A stretch of 63,104 nucleotides of DNA, the filler included. It is 7 parts of 7 records of this genome, joined end to end, with 100 filler letters (N's around TTAATTAATTAA, not from the genome) between each part and the next. Parts side by side here need not be neighbours in the genome. Positions count along the whole stretch, not along the records: positions 57,910 to 63,104 come from SRR20825019_2199; 6 more parts are not named here. One strand, written 5' to 3'. A program made the translations under genes and the position numbers. Shown piece by piece: positions 62,161 through 63,104 of this stretch. Positions within the stretch are counted from its first letter, which is position 1, and every line of letters begins with the position of its first letter. Below the pieces are notes generated by a model. That model had not been told where the DNA came from, made no database searches, and was given only the letters and a program-made list of their open reading frames with translations.

Positions 62161-62607
62161 AAACAGGCATCTCCTCTATGAAGAAATGGGGACAACCTTC
62201 AACGAAGACGTACACACATATATATATACCACACAGCGATAACCAAGACCGTCGACTGACACACATCACAGCATAAATGTGTCAGTAGTGCCGTTAAGGG
62301 CTACGGACACCTCCCCCATCATTACCATTATCTATTTACCCCACCATCATCACAGTATATGCACCTCTTCCATCAACACCGTTATTAACAATTAGTATTT
62401 TATTGAAAACTTTTAGTACGTATTGCTTACCTTACCATAACAATGAATTTTCCAATCGAGCACACGCTTTGGTGTGTGTGTTCAAATGCCCCTGTTTGTA
62501 TCTTAAACTAAATAACCAAATGATTAAATTACATTTCCCTACTTATCTCTCGCATTTTAAAGTTTTCAGGTAGACAGACTATTATACACATTATTCTACT
62601 TTAAATC

Positions 62608-63104
62608 ATGTCCGCCTTAGACCGTGAGCTGATCAAGTGGATTCAGTCCATGGACCTCTCACACCCCCTCAAAAACCCTCGCCGTGATCTAGGAAACGGC
62701 TTCCTCGTTGCCGAGATTTTAAGCCGGTATGATCGAAACGTCGAGATGCACTCCTTCGATACCGGATCCGCAATGAGCCGCCGACTAGATAACTGGCAAC
62801 AAATTAGAAAGCTGCTCTCGAATCGTAATTGTACGACCGTCACGGAGGAGATGATGGATTCGGCTATTCAGATGAGGGGGGAGGGGGCTAGTAATGTGCT
62901 GGAGGCGCTGTACGAGCACCTCACCAAGAAACGCCTCCAAGCCGGAAAAATCACCGCCCAGAAGAAGGAGGCTGAGGCCGCCAATGAGGACCTCAAGGCC
63001 AAGGCGGTCCTAGACACCCCCGCCTTCATGCGACCAACCGCCGCCGCACTGTTACGTGAGAATAATGATGAGACTGTGAATCGTCTCCAGCGTCTTACAG
63101 GCCG
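62608..63104 (+). CDS. SPATA4/SPEF1-like calponin-homology (flagellar) protein, 3' truncated (not in ORF track)
   Basis: MSALDRELIKWIQSMDLSHPLKNPRRDLGNGFLVAEILSRY...SFDTGS...DNW; pyrimidine-rich tract and AG upstream. Confidence 0.85.
   Translation, partial: MSALDRELIKWIQSMDLSHPLKNPRRDLGNGFLVAEILSRYDRNVEMHSFDTGSAMSRRLDNWQQIRKLLSNRNCTTVTEEMMDSAIQMRGEGASNVLEALYEHLTKKRLQAGKITAQKKEAEAANEDLKAKAVLDTPAFMRPTAAALLRENNDETVNRLQRLTG

Overview
The window is not one locus. It holds seven unrelated contigs joined by artificial 100-nt spacers (N44-TTAATTAATTAA-N44). (1) 1-9470, alphaproteobacterial (Rhizobiales-like): a CYTH-CHAD gene, then a phage-satellite-like element bounded by a tRNA-Asn 3'-end att core, encoding integrase, AlpA, a DUF3987-type replication protein, a putative ori and an HK97 capsid. 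Several of its proteins carry tmRNA/ssrA-tag-like motifs (ANDN and/or C-terminal AA), including an unannotated 44-aa peptide. (2) 9571-21837, alphaproteobacterial: a tRNA(CAU)-flanked defence island with HEPN, MNT, a frameshifted PD-(D/E)xK nuclease, a MORC-like GHKL ATPase-histidine kinase fusion plus large receiver protein, a PcfJ-like gene, vsr, a C5 methyltransferase and a LysR-type wHTH gene preceded by an 8 x 21-bp dyad array; a multicopper oxidase follows. (3) 21938-32001: a protist contig with short introns (C2-HELP-WD40, UBX protein, acetyl-CoA transporter, unknown gene). (4) 32102-41512: a Flavobacteriaceae housekeeping region (tatA, mltD, pgk, holB, mnmG, parS). (5) 41613-50740 and (6) 50841-57809: Rhizobiales (Devosia-like) housekeeping regions. 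(7) 57910-63104: an intronless, kinetoplastid-like eukaryote contig. The best candidates for undescribed biology are the methyltransferase-linked two-component/MORC module with its wHTH-repeat array and the ssrA-tag mimicry in the satellite. All family calls come from motif recognition by eye; no searches were run.
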